DNA of 64,000 bases from Paramoeba atlantica (lineage: Eukaryota; Protista; Discosea): NCBI GenBank assembly GCA_977017575.1, contig CDRNVI010000098.1, forward strand, positions 1 to 64,000, in the 5' to 3' direction. Position 1 is the first letter of the stretch, and every line of letters begins with the position of its first letter. Shown one piece after another: positions 1 to 11,340 of the stretch. Below the pieces are notes generated by a model. It was given only the letters and a program-made list of their open reading frames with translations, did no database searches and had not been told where the DNA came from. A program made the translations under genes and the position numbers.

Positions 1-75
1 GGGGGGTCCAGGGGGGGTCCAGGGGGGGTCCAGGGGGGGTCCAGGGGGGGTCCAGAGGGGGTCCAGGGGGGGTCT
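1..75. repeat. G-rich tandem repeat (GGGGGGGTCCA)n, ~6.5 units, runs off the window start
   Basis: 11-nt unit read directly from the sequence. Confidence 0.9.
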
Positions 76-82
76 AGGGGTA

Positions 83-190
83 GGGGCATACGTCATTTTT
101 TGAAATTTTCAAATCTTGATTTTCGAAATCGAGCGCGGGGAAGTGGTAGAGTAGGCCGCGGCGATGGCTCCCCATCCCTTCACCTGGGGG
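83..190. repeat. Dispersed repeat, homologous to ~14053-14150
   Basis: Shared GGGGCATACGTCA...AAATCGAGCGC..GGAAGTRGTAG.GTA.GCCGCGGCGATG. Confidence 0.6.
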
Positions 191-512
191 TACCCCCCCT
201 GGTGCGCGCAGGAGGGGTCCGACAAGGTCAAAAATTCCGAAAAATTTGGGATGACCAAAAAAAAGCTTTTTGCCCAAAAAGAAGCAAAAATACTATTTTT
301 CCAAAATCGACGCCTAAACCGTATTTGGAGAGTTTGGGACCTCAGCTACCATTCTACGACGTTTTTGTCGTCAGATTCGCCTCCTACCCCTATTCGTAAG
401 GCATCAAAACCAGCCCAAAATTGGGTAAAAAGTTCGCAAGTTTTGCCGAAAAATCGAGCATTTTCCCCCAAAAAAGTAGATTATTCATGATAATCTGGAG
501 ATTTTCCTTTTT

Positions 513-611
513 TAGGCTCTTCGTTAAACGAGGTGGTAGTTTTCAACGCGAAGCGCACAGCATGAGTGACTTCTAAGTTGAAAACAACCACCGCGTTTAA
601 CGAAGAACCTA
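513..611. mobile_element. ~100-bp palindromic MITE, TA-flanked (second copy at 41010-41108)
   Basis: TA-GGCTCTTCGTTAAACG...CGTTTAACGAAGAACC-TA long imperfect TIRs with central CGCGAAGCGC. Confidence 0.8.
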
Positions 612-624
612 TTGTAATACTAAT

Positions 625-806
625 GGGAGGGGGGGGCTAAGTTTCATTTTATGATTTTTTTTGGAAAAAAGTATTTTACCTATTTTTAGAAAGTGACAGA
701 TAACTAGGTGGGGTAGTCGACGAAAAAAAAGAATCGAAGTCCCAAAAAGTGACAGATAACTAGGGGGGGGGGGTGACGTGTGACAGATAAATAAGGGGGT
801 ACAGTA
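625..806. mobile_element. MITE remnant (right end), same family as the left end at 4532
   Basis: Repeated GTGACAGATAACTAGG(G)n and terminal GGGGGTACAGTA, the reverse complement of TACTGTACCCCC at 4532. Confidence 0.6.
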
Positions 807-1033
807 ATTATGTTCACATGGAGATCCCTGTTGAAGATACCGAAGTCGATCGAACAATGCAATGTCTCAATAGTACTTTCTTTCTTCCTCTGTTAAAGGA
901 TGCTTCTCGTGCTTCCGATATCGATATCTGTAACGTCTATCGTGCTGATCTTCATCTCTCTTGGTGACGAATTTTCTAAGGCATACGATCGGTCTGACCT
1001 AAACACTGAATACATACATACGTACATAAAATT

Positions 1034-1828
1034 ATGGCCGAAGCACCATGTACGCTGATTGACGCTATATTACACTTTGTATCTATGGCAACGGAAGTCG
1101 ATTATACTTCCGACAGTCTTCTTGAACTACTCGGTCAACATGTCTCCCAGTTTTCTCAGGCGTACAAATTTATGCTTGACGTGAGCATTCTTCCAGACAT
1201 TTTGCACATTTCCACGTTTCTAGAAATTACCGACATTACAATGTCGTTTCACTATCGAAATTTTATACTTTTCGCACTTCGAGTAATGGCTTCAGTATTC
1301 GGTGTTCCTACTGTTGTGTACAGGCCGCACGTCAAACTCATTGACATCATTCCCCCTTTTCTAGTTGTCGATACTTTTCCCGTTACAGAACTCCATCTTT
1401 TCACGTTTATTGCGAACGGCGTCAGCAACTTGATACCAGCTACTTTTCGGAGTGAAATAAAGCTCCTTGCTCCTCAGCCCTTAAGCTCAATTCAGAATAC
1501 AACGCCCGCAGAAAAATTCTTGGTCACTAGTGATGCACCCGAGCCCCAAAGGTTTGGAATAGAAGAAGGCCGAGCTCTGGCCACTACGTACAAATGTGCC
1601 GCAGATTTATATCCGCGTAGAGCCCGTAGAGCGCATCACGTTTTAGCACCCTCGTGCACAGAGAAGATTAACCCGTCGGGGTCAGCTAGAAATAATTGGC
1701 CCAATGATGAGTATGAGGCATTTTTATCGAAGGTGCATCGTTGTCTAGAAACAGTGACGAAGAAAACGTCTGATAGGATCGTAACAGAGTGTGTTACATT
1801 TCGCGCCGCACAGATGGAAACGTTATGA
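1034..1828 (+). CDS. Hypothetical 264-aa ORF, opposite to the host gene strand; possibly TE-derived
   Basis: Long ORF only; no family recognised. Confidence 0.3.
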   Translation: MAEAPCTLIDAILHFVSMATEVDYTSDSLLELLGQHVSQFSQAYKFMLDVSILPDILHISTFLEITDITMSFHYRNFILFALRVMASVFGVPTVVYRPHVKLIDIIPPFLVVDTFPVTELHLFTFIANGVSNLIPATFRSEIKLLAPQPLSSIQNTTPAEKFLVTSDAPEPQRFGIEEGRALATTYKCAADLYPRRARRAHHVLAPSCTEKINPSGSARNNWPNDEYEAFLSKVHRCLETVTKKTSDRIVTECVTFRAAQMETL

Positions 1829-2676
1829 AAAGATATCCGAACTGCCAATCCCACTTTCACTTCGCGCACAGCTGCCTGTGGGGAATGGGGAAGTTTTCAA
1901 AATACACGCAAACTAGCTCTTGCCCTCGAAGAAGTCAAAAAAATGACATCGCAATTTAGATCCTAATGAAGCCCCTTCATATAAAGACCTAATGAGTTCC
2001 GCTGAGCGCGCTGGTGAGCAGAAGAAGCTCGAGCGCCTGCAATGATAAAAAGGTTATTTTTTTAGGTCTGATACCGTATTTGTCTGCTTTAGATTTTATT
2101 CGTATATTGGGTTTATTATTTATACAGATATTATCTTCTGTGAATACGAGCTTAAAGGAGTTTAGTTTACCTCTCGGGTTTTTTTACGCTGATTCCTTCG
2201 CCAAACATACGACAAAATTCGAGATCTATCGAATGCCGAAGGAATTAGGTAAAACGATCCCAAAAGTTAAGGGGGGAAAGTTATCTTTTAAGGGGTGTAT
2301 CATCCGCAACTCCTCACATGAATTCTCTTTCATAATTCATTACTATCGTGCATGCAAAATTCTTTTATGCGACGCCTCTCAATCAAGAAAGCACAAACGA
2401 ATACTCGTGTTCGCGACGATCTTTCGTACTGCATGACTCTTTTGTAGAACAGACGGAAGTTTCTTCAATTCTAACGTACCTTCCAGAAGATTATTATTCG
2501 CCAAAAAAAGGTCGTTAAGAGTTGCAGGAAGACATGATAAGTCCACGAGTCCTTGAAACTCATTCGCGTTCATATAAACTTTATATGAGCCAAACCAAAC
2601 TTCTTTATAAGCCGCATAAAGTGCTCGGGAGTGATTGCAAATCGATTTTTCCTGTTAAATAATTCTCACTGATGTC

Positions 2677-3144
2677 TGTTTTATCATGCACTTATAGTGC
2701 AGAGATTTACTCACCATGTCCTTATCCCGCATACGACGGGTGGATCATGTGAGGTTTCGTCCTCGCCGGAGGTGTGCGGGTGCGGAGAGCTGGCGTCCCA
2801 GGTGCAGAGAGCTCGGTTGTCATGTGCAGGTGCAGAGAGCCGGATGCGTAATCCCCATATTACAGTTTCGGGGGCAATCCGGGTGCAGAGAGCTGCGACA
2901 GAGCCGAGGTGCGGAGAGCTGGGCGACCGCCAGGTGCAGAGAGCCGAGTCTCGTCGGCGGAGGACACGTCTAGTGGTCCTCAAGGGAGGCCACCGTGACG
3001 CATGGCCCTCTCGGAGAGGAAAAAGACAAGTCGAAAAAAGCCGAGAGGGGGAAGCACACTCACCCCAGGGGAGTGAGTCGGGGAGGGGTGAAGGGGTGAA
3101 AGCGCGTCCCCTGCTTCAGCGACAAGAGGGACAGTTCCGACCTT
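2677..3144 (-). mobile_element. Element X copy 1: non-coding structured SINE-like retroelement
   Basis: Near-identical to 33307-33775; interrupts an LRR reading frame; 3' CCCG-TCGTATG-CGGG hairpin shared with the LINE 3' UTR; ends GATAAAACA. Confidence 0.8.
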
Positions 3145-3147
3145 TTT

Positions 3148-3204
3148 AATTCAAATACAGATAATTCAATACAGATAATTTCAAATACAGATAATTCAAA
3201 TACA
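3148..3204. repeat. ~4 tandem copies of a ~15-nt target-derived unit (AATTCAAATACAGAT) at the X1 5' junction
   Basis: Read directly; on the minus strand the unit encodes the LRR segment YLNYL. Confidence 0.8.
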
Positions 3205-3854
3205 TACTAGGTAACTTCGTAAGGCATATTTTGCCGGAAAATTCGTTGCTATCCATCCATGCGCCATACAAATTCACAGGCAGAGCTGTGAGGTCTGGAT
3301 TTCCTCTAAATGCATTCCCACTAATGAGCAAATGAGTGAGATCCATGAGAGGAGATAAATCGCTCAGAAATATTTCCCCTGAGAACAAATTGTTGTGAAT
3401 TTCCAAGCGAGTGATCGAGATTGGGATGTATGCAAAGTTGAAGGCCCTCCAAATATCGACAGAACCATTTTTTTTTGTAATTATCTGCTCTGAATTGCAC
3501 TCTATGCCATTCCATTTACAAGGCGCGATATCGGAACTCCAACTCTCATGTTGCGGATGTACGTCAACAATGAGGCGCTCAATATCCATTTCCTGTGGTA
3601 AACGTACGCCACGAATTTTGGCGTTGTTTTAGGGAATGGATTCGGGCAATCCATTTTCTCGTTGCGTAAAAAATATTGCAAAAAAGAAATCAAATCCTAA
3701 TAATTGATCTAGCTTCAATGTATTATTCGTAATTTTGTTCGACTACCAATAGAGGAAAGTTTTGCTTTTCACAGAATGTGTGTACATCGCCCCTCTTGTT
3801 CAACCTAGAGAGAAGCTCCTTATAGAGGGCATATCTTGAAGCTCATTATTATCA

Positions 3855-4954
3855 TACTGTCCTCCCCCACTTAAGCGCAACCAGGTTTTGGCCTAAAATT
3901 GCGCATAAGTAGCCGGGTCAAAAAAAAAGGGGTGAAAAAAAAAATTCGCGTCGCTTCGCGGCGCGTGTTTCAATCATGAGTTACGCGGGGTGCCCTCGGG
4001 GCTGCTTTTGTATACTATCCCCCCTATCCTAGCGTGGCTGGGTTGGGATGAAATGCAACGCTAGGAGGGGGGGCAAAAACTGGGGACGAAGAATTGCTAA
4101 GCCGAAGATGTTGTGGGATTACTGAGGAACATTTTCAAAAAAATCGCTGTTCACGGTACATTTTTACCATAGCTTCGCGGCAAGAGACAGTCTAAAAAGC
4201 AACACTGGCCCCCTGGGTGCCATGGGGGGGGCTGCTTTTAATATACTATCTCCCCTATCCTAGCGTGGCTTTGTCGGGATGAAATGCAACGCTAGGAGGG
4301 GGGGCAAAAACTGGGGCCGAAGAATTGCTAAGTCGAAGATGTTGTGGGATTACTGAGGAACAGTTTCAAAAAAATCGCTGTTCAGGGTAGGTTTTTACCA
4401 TAGCTTCACGGCAAGAGACACAAAAAGCAACACTAAAGCAACAGACACAAAAGCAACAGACACAAAAGCAACTGGCACAAAAGCAACACTAATGGGGGGC
4501 TACCGAGGCAACGCTAGGATAGGGGGGATAGTACTGTACCCCCCCTAGTTATCTGTCAAAACTTTTCGTGGAAAGGTGACAGATAACTAGGGGGGGGTAA
4601 GTTTCGTTTTAAGATTTTTTTTGGAAAGCAATAGCTAAGACAAAAGCGTACAGTACGTGGCAGGAGCGTTCCTCTGATGTACAGTACAGTATAGTATGCA
4701 AAGACTCGCCGTACAGATCGGTGGAGGTCAGTGTGGATCAGAGGAGATCGCTGGAGATCGATGAAGATCATTTTTGAACGTCCAAAGGGACTACCTGCAG
4801 ACTTTCCATTTCAATAGCGGCGAAAATTGGTACAAAAATTCGTACCACGAAAAAAAAACGCGCCGCTTTGCGGCGCTGTTCTTCTGAACGATGCGTCAAT
4901 ATTGCGCTTAAGTGGCCGGGTCAAACGGTTGCGCATAAGTAGGGGGGGACAGTA
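3855..4954. mobile_element. Stack of TA-flanked MITEs
   Basis: Outer TIRs TACTGTCCTCCCCCACTTAAGCGCAACC / GGTTGCGCATAAGTAGGGGGGGACAGTA. Inner element 4013-4533 has TACTATCCCCCCTATCCTAGCG TIRs, an internal ~230-bp tandem duplication and AAAAGCAACAGACAC repeats. A third element starts at 4532. Confidence 0.75.
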
Positions 4955-4993
4955 AGTATCCAAGATAACTTATCCCTCCATTAGAGGAACAAC

Positions 4994-5641
4994 TTACTTC
5001 TTCGTATTTTGCTCTATTAAGGAATTACCACTGAGATTAATTTTATTCAAGTGGATCGGAAGCATCGACAAATCAACGAGACCGCACAGTTTATTATTAT
5101 GTAAGTACAATATACGCAGTTGGGTCGGGAGTGACCGCAAGTCAAGACTTCCTGCTAATAAATTGTCACTGAGATCAAGATACCACAGGGTAGGGGGCAA
5201 CTGTGTGAGGCATATCTCTCCTGAAAGTTTGTTTCCTTCCATCCACAACGAAACCATTCTCTTAGGCAAAGCCGTAAAATCCGGATTTCCGGTAAATTCA
5301 TTTTTACCCATAATTAAATCATTAAGGTGAGTAATGGAAGATAACTCACAAAGCTTTACCTCCCCTTTTATCGTATTTTCCTCAATATCAAAGCCTTTAA
5401 CCGTTTCAGGAACAAACACAAAATTTAATGACCCCATCAGCTTCATACGGCTCCATCGTATTTCTGAAACGTTTTCATCCGGGTTGCACATGATGCCTTG
5501 TCATTTACATGCGGGTGTCTGTGAACTCCAAGTGCGCTCTCGTGTGATTATATCACGAGTGAGACGCTCCAGATCCATTTCTTGCGGTACTTTTAGACCA
5601 CGTACCTTTGCAAGACGCATCTTACGTGCCGGATACTCCAT
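4994..5641 (-). pseudogene. LRR gene with in-frame TGA at the conserved cap Trp (CK*QGI)
   Basis: ORFs 5501-5641 and 4994-5491 are in the same frame, separated by one TGA. Confidence 0.75.
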
Positions 5642-6059
5642 TGTGTGGCAGAAACAATCTATGGAATGTAAAAAGAGTAAGAAAATCAAATAAAAAAACG
5701 AAAGCTCACACCACATGTGTTTTTGTTGAATGTATTACAAACGGTGTGCTTCCAACGACAAACGGACAAAGTAGTTTACTGGTGAATAGAAGAGCGCGAC
5801 AAGGGAATGCCGCTTTCAAAGATGGTGCAATTGTAAATTTGCACATTTCCTCCACAAGTTTACACATTTAACGGAGAGAGAATAAACCGAGTTTCGGTTT
5901 TAAAAGTTTAAAAAAGTTATATTTAACGGAGTATGTATAATTTGTACTCCATTAAATACAGTTTGAAATATAGTTTGAAAAGCCCCACAATCATGCTAGC
6001 CTCGACGGTGCCATTAAAAATGGCTTATCAGATTCTAAAACGTCCCCAAGCAAAACGTG

Positions 6060-6389
6060 AAGTGTGCACCACAATTGATTCAGTCCCACATAGACTTCAA
6101 AAAGTGTTGCAAAACAATAGGCGCCATTTCGGATGCTAGTTCTTTGCCTTCAGAGTTAACCTTTGACGAATTCCTTTTTTTGGTCCATTTTATATAGGTA
6201 AAAAAATTGCTGTTTTTTGATTTTGGTCAACTTTCGGGCCGCCCAGGGGGCACGAGGGGGTCTATATGAAAAAGAGGCGACAAAGCTCTTCGCTAGGGGA
6301 ATGAGATCTCTCCAACGCTGCAAAAATGAGAAAAAAACGGAGAAAAAAAAATCCGCGGAGGGGGAGCAAGATCAACGGAAACCACTGTA
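6060..6389. mobile_element. Right end of a non-autonomous Tc1-like family (second copy ~15470-15986; partial ~23790-23860)
   Basis: Both copies align over ~300 bp and end GCAAGATCAACNGAAACCACTG-TA, the reverse complement of a TA-CAGTG Tc1-type terminus. Confidence 0.65.
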
Positions 6390-6691
6390 TAATACTGTAC
6401 CCCCTGTGTAGGCGAATCTCACTCTGATTCGTCTTCTTTTCGTAAATGTAAGTTTCGCTTCTTTTCTCGGAAGTCGTTCACTCGGTCCGTTCATGGTTGA
6501 AACGGGCAGTGAAGGACGAAATGCACGAACTACGCTTACAAGCTTAAAAACGTTTTACAAAACTTCTTTCACAAAAAGACAGCCATTACATATTAAGCTC
6601 TCACTTCCATAGGCCTCCCTATGAGATGTTTGAAATCTTTTCAAATGCGGAGAACATTCTTTCCTTTAGCGTACAACGTTCATCATACACG

Positions 6692-7318
6692 TTACATCAG
6701 TCTGCAATATTTCGATTCCACGATGCCCGTGTTATGATAAAAAAAGCCTTTCCCTAATCCAACTGGAAGGGCTTCACGATGAAAGCGTCCGACAAGCTTA
6801 TGATTTCCTAAAATAGAAAAATAAGAAAGTTCACTAGGGAGTGAAGAGAGGCACACATTCCCCTCGAATTGGTTACAACTTAAATCGAGGCGAACTATCG
6901 TACTTGGTAATTTGCCGAGACTTAACTTACCCGTGAGCTGATTGTAATCTACCAGAAAAACAATTAACGTTGGTGGCAGATCTTGCAATGGGAGAAAACC
7001 CGTCAACGCATTTTCGGACAAGTAAATAGTCTCCAGAGTCTGCGGTAGGTGAACCCATTTGGGCGGACCTCGTAGGCTCAAACCTTTCCATGACAGTGAA
7101 GTCACTTCTCCATCGGTGTTACAATCCACTCCTCCCCATAAACATGCCGATTTTTCGATACTCCATGATCCCAGGGCGTTCTGAACTTCCTGCAGGAAAC
7201 GGGTTAGAAGGCATTCTGGTGGCAGCCCTGCGGCACGTACTCTTCCCAAACGACAACCAGAGTGAGGAGTGTCAGCTGTCAAAATGAAAATTGAATCGTT
7301 CATAAGAAACATTACCAT
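6692..7318 (-). CDS. Short LRR protein with W..C.W.GV.C N-terminal cap (true start uncertain)
   Basis: SACLWGGVDC; repeats LPxxLxxLxLSxNxLTG. Confidence 0.75.
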   Translation of the reverse strand: MVMFLMNDSIFILTADTPHSGCRLGRVRAAGLPPECLLTRFLQEVQNALGSWSIEKSACLWGGVDCNTDGEVTSLSWKGLSLRGPPKWVHLPQTLETIYLSENALTGFLPLQDLPPTLIVFLVDYNQLTGKLSLGKLPSTIVRLDLSCNQFEGNVCLSSLPSELSYFSILGNHKLVGRFHREALPVGLGKGFFYHNTGIVESKYCRLM

Positions 7319-7470
7319 TTTCTGATTCAGAAAATAAAGAGTTCAGCTTTCTGGAAGAGTCCTTTCTGAAGAGATATTTCATTGTATTACATGTACTGAT
7401 ACTACACGTAGGGACTGCATGTAAGGGGCTGCGGAAATAGTACAACAAAGTAAAACTATTCACAAGTAAG

Positions 7471-8785
7471 TATAAACCCCTGGCCAAAATAAGGCACCCC
7501 CCTCTAAAAATTCGATGCTTTGTTTGTTTGAGCTAATTTCAATGGCATTTTGCAGATCTCAATTCGGGATTTATGTCCTCCCACACTTGGTCACTAGTCC
7601 TATAGCTATATATAAAGTGGAAACTATTTACCACTTTTTTACCTTTTCGCCACCTAGTTCGACGCAGGCCTTCAGTCTACGATCGAAACTTAAGATGGTA
7701 TCATTTATCATCTCAGTCGGTAAAGAACTCCATGTGTTTAGAATACACCTTTGCAGTTCGGAAACTGTAGATGGTGGCTTTTCATTTACGTCTTGTACCA
7801 TTGACCATATGTTTTCAATGGGAGAAAGATCGGGAGAATTTGGGGGCCAATTTTTTAGTAGATTAATTTTTCGTTTGTTCAGGTAATTTATGGTGGCCTT
7901 GGCCGTATGAGCGGTGGCACCATCTTGTTGAAATATTCTTTTGTATGTATGTTTCGTGGGTAATAGAGGTCCTGCTGGATAAAATTTTTAAGCATCTCCA
8001 GTTAATTCCTATAACACCCCACACCTGACACTTAGGCGCCCAGCGCACCTTTAGTCTCTTTGCAGGGGTCTCTCCTTTTTTTACCCACATTTTCATTCGA
8101 TTATCGTTTGTATCAAATACCTTCTCATCTGAGAATATCAATTTCGATGTGTCCTCTTTGTAATTTAAAGAAAACTGTACGCGTTTTTCTTTTTGTACAG
8201 CGGTGAGCCCTTGTGAAATTGGGCGTGGCCTATATTGATGCCCTGCTTGCCTCAAATCTCGACGAACAGTTCGAGGGCTTGCAGTAACACCCTTTCTGCA
8301 CAAAACAATAGAAATACGCTTTGAACTGTTGTACTTTGGCACCCCTGCCGCATCTTTCTTAGAAATAATGGTTTCAATCCCTTTTTTACGAGACTTTATT
8401 TTTTTTTCTGTGGGGATTTCTTTAGGCTTTTTTTCGTCTCAATTTTGGGGTGATCACGGAGGCATTTTCGAATGTATTTCACGCTTACATTCAATTCACG
8501 TGCTATTCGTTTCTTTGGGATGCCATCTTGAAACCTTAAAAGCATGAGTTCCTTCCCCAGGGGGCTGAGGCCACCTTTCGGAGGCCTGCGGAATGATTTT
8601 TTCATAAATCGACCCCAATGTTAAAGTGGTAAAATATTTTTTTATTTTTTTATTTTTCATGAGCTAAAAACAGCGGGAACGTACAGATCTCAAAATTTTG
8701 AACGAAAACATGGTATGATAACCCTACCATACCCCCTCATGCAAAAAATAAGGGGGGGTGCCTTATTGGTGGCCAGGGGTTTATA
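7471..8785 (-). mobile_element. Tc1/mariner (IS630-Tc1-mariner) transposon with frameshifted transposase
   Basis: TIRs TATAAACCCCTGGCCA(A/CC)AATAAGGCACCCCCC at both ends; HTH ORF 8396-8605; SPRTVRRDL, IFSDEKVF and QVWGVIG motifs in ORF 7863-8342. Confidence 0.9.
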
Positions 8786-8812
8786 ATAAGTAAAAATATA
8801 TATTTAATAACC

Positions 8813-9125
8813 TACTGTGACCCCCCCTTTACACTTCTCCCATTTTGAGCAATAACGAAGTATAAAGGGGGGTCTGAATTTTTTCCCCGCTGTGAAAAAA
8901 GGCCGCGCCGCTTCCCGGCGCGGCTCATCCAGTTTTCCTGTCTTTCCTTCTATATCACCTTCCATTTCTAGGAAGATTTAGAACGTTCTTGTTTTTTTCC
9001 AATTTTTAAAAAAAAAAATTTAAAAAATTTAAAAAACAGTCGTTCCCCCTTCGGGAGGGCACACGAAAAAAGAAGCATAGGGGGGGTCTGACCAGTGAAG
9101 TATAAAGCGGGGGGGGGTCATAGTA
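8813..9125. mobile_element. TA-flanked MITE
   Basis: TACTGTGACCCCCCC...GGGGGGGTCATAGTA; internal GAAGTATAAAG(C)GGGGGG repeats. Confidence 0.75.
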
Positions 9126-9180
9126 AATTAATATTTAATAATTTAATAAGTAAAAATACATAAGTAAATAATAAGTAAAT

Positions 9181-9909
9181 CTATTCATATATCACAATTT
9201 TCGTCTCCAAGAAGGATTGTGCAATTTGGAACTTTCCTCCAAGTTTAGGAGGCATTTTATCCAATATTACTCTACCTTCTAGGAGTTTGTTATCTCCCAA
9301 CTTGAGTGTAGAAAGATTTTCCGGGAGGTACGACAAGTCCACGCTTCCAACAAAATTATTTCCCTTCAGATACAAGCTTACTAGAGTAGCGGGAAGAGAC
9401 CGCAGGTCAATTGTCCCCGTCAAAAAATTGCTGCTGACGTCAAGGTATTTTAGACCAGGAGGCAATTGAGTAAGACACACGTCCCCTGATAATCTGTTAC
9501 TTTCCATCCATGCTGAAGTCATACGTCCGGGGAAAACAGTAAGATCTGGATTTCCTGTAAAAAGATTCCCACCGAGAAACAAACCAGCAAGATTTGAAAG
9601 CGGGGAGAGGTCACAAAGGTCGGTTCGTTCTCCAGACAGCGAGTTTTCTTCAATGTCAAACTCCGTAACGGAGCTCGGAATATGCACGAGCTTCAAGGAC
9701 CCACTCAGCTCTTCATGGTCCCATACTATTTCTGTGACCAGCATATCAGCGCTGCATGCTATACCTTTCCATTCACAAGCAGGTGTCAGTGAACTCCAAC
9801 TTTGGTGTTGCGGGTATATTCCACTAATGAGTCGTTCCATCCCCATCTCTTGCGGTAGATTTGAGCCAGAGACCTTGGCCGCACGCGACTTGTGTCTCAC
9901 GGAATCCAT
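9181..9909 (-). CDS. Short LRR protein (242 aa)
   Basis: SWSSLTPACEWKGIAC cap and ~6 LRR repeats. Confidence 0.85.
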   Translation of the reverse strand: MDSVRHKSRAAKVSGSNLPQEMGMERLISGIYPQHQSWSSLTPACEWKGIACSADMLVTEIVWDHEELSGSLKLVHIPSSVTEFDIEENSLSGERTDLCDLSPLSNLAGLFLGGNLFTGNPDLTVFPGRMTSAWMESNRLSGDVCLTQLPPGLKYLDVSSNFLTGTIDLRSLPATLVSLYLKGNNFVGSVDLSYLPENLSTLKLGDNKLLEGRVILDKMPPKLGGKFQIAQSFLETKIVIYE

Positions 9910-10429
9910 TGTAAAGTTCTACGAAATGGAGAAGAACAATTGTGAGAAAAAAAACTTCCTATTGTAGGTCCGGGGTCTCCTTTAACCCTGCTAAACCGGC
10001 CCAAATCCCGGGGGCTATGTAAACAAATACATAGAAAGGTGATTGAAGGATTTGTAACTTTATAAAAAGTGTAGGATGGAAAATTGTTTAGGGGTCCGAA
10101 AAACTTCAAAAACTATAGATATAGGACTTTATAGTACTATAATCTTTTTTTTGCTATATATTGACAAACTATATTAAATACAGAAAAATATTATTTTTCA
10201 CCGGAAGTTTGCGATTATCGAAGAGTGACAGAACATCTTTAATTAATTTTCTCTTGTTCAGTAAAATGTAAACCTTAGTGGTGTATTGCCTCAAATCTAA
10301 TCTTTTTGTGTCTATAGAGCTTCAAATCTTATTTTTCAGACCAAGTAGCCCAATATGGGAAACAACAAATTCAATGATGAGTCCCGAGATGCTTTCGTAT
10401 CATCACATTTCGCACCTGTTGCTGGGCAG

Positions 10430-11340
10430 GGAAAAAAATTGAGTGCCAAGTTTGCTCCGAAGGGTCGCGAAAAGCTTTCTTATGTGAGAAGGGTATACGG
10501 TCGTCGTATACCGATCCTCTCTCGCATTTAACAAATTCCCACAAGGTTGCTTTTGATGAGTGGAAAAGCGAAACGAGAAATAAAAAGAGGCTCTCCGAAC
10601 AAACTTTGAAAGGTTTTACTACGGGTCCAAACTTACAAAGTATGAAACGACTGATAAGATGGAAATGCAAGCATGGTGTTTCTAATGCGAGCCTACAAGA
10701 TGAAGATTTTAATTGGATGGTGACGAAAGGACTTGTTTCAGTTCCTAGTGAGCCTACCATGAATAATCTCATTTTACAATATGCTCAAGAATGTCGTACA
10801 GAGTTTTGCAGGTCAAACATAGGTTGCAAGCATTGCAATTGATGGGGAGACGTTTTGTAAGCTTCTTGTTCAGTTTGTATTGTGAGCGCGGAAACGTCGT
10901 TTCCGTGGAGCATAAAAGAGCTGCCTCCCGTCCGAGATGCCGACGCGTACAAAGAGTTAATAGTCACAATCATCTCAGAACTACAGGAGCAACGCGTATG
11001 CATCACCCATGTAGTTTCTGGTGGTGACTACACAATTCGGAAAGCGCTCCGATTGGCATGCAAGGAAACAGCAACAGTTGAAACTGTGTGTGTTGCACAC
11101 GCACTCCAACTTTCAATGAATCCAATTTTCTTCTTGGAGAAAACTTCCGATGTAACAGCTCTGGCGGAGGATTGTTCGGTCTGGCGAACACCCGTTTGAA
11201 CACGGTGGTGGTCCGTTGTAACCGAAGTACAGCGGGCACTAAAGTGCGCCGCATGGGAAAATCATGTAGCCGAAGGAACCTTACAAACTTTGTTGGATGT
11301 CATGATTTCCTTCCAAAAAGTGGGAAGGTTGTTTGAACGA
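10430..11340 (+). pseudogene. Degenerate hAT-like transposase
   Basis: BED-like finger CQVC...SHLTNSH (~10440-10555), DGETF, THVVSG and CVAHALQL (hAT CxxH motif) in broken frames. Confidence 0.55.

Larger units (their letters stand above)
2379..3654 (-). pseudogene. LRR gene disrupted by element X1 and frameshifts
   Basis: KIRGVRLPQEMDIERL...SW..PCKWNGIEC cap and LRR repeats (3146-3589); resumes after the insertion as DISENYLTGKIDLQSLP at 2676 and in ORF 2379-2573. Confidence 0.8.

Noticed and set aside
1-75. Telomere
   Set aside because: A left chromosome end should be C-rich on the plus strand, and the unit is not TTAGGG-like.
2779-2944. Repeat-spacer array in X as a CRISPR array
   Set aside because: Repeats are only 12 nt, spacers are 10-41 nt and base-pair with each other, there are no cas genes, and the context is eukaryotic.
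2677-3144. Hammerhead ribozyme suggested by GAGGACGAAAC on the minus strand
   Set aside because: No CTGANGA core on either strand. An HDV-like fold could not be confirmed by eye.
2697-3149. ORFs over elements X and Y (e.g. 2697-3149, 33306-33707, 33341-33790, 33984-34295)
   Set aside because: GC-rich structured repeat; frames differ between the two X copies; no domain motifs.
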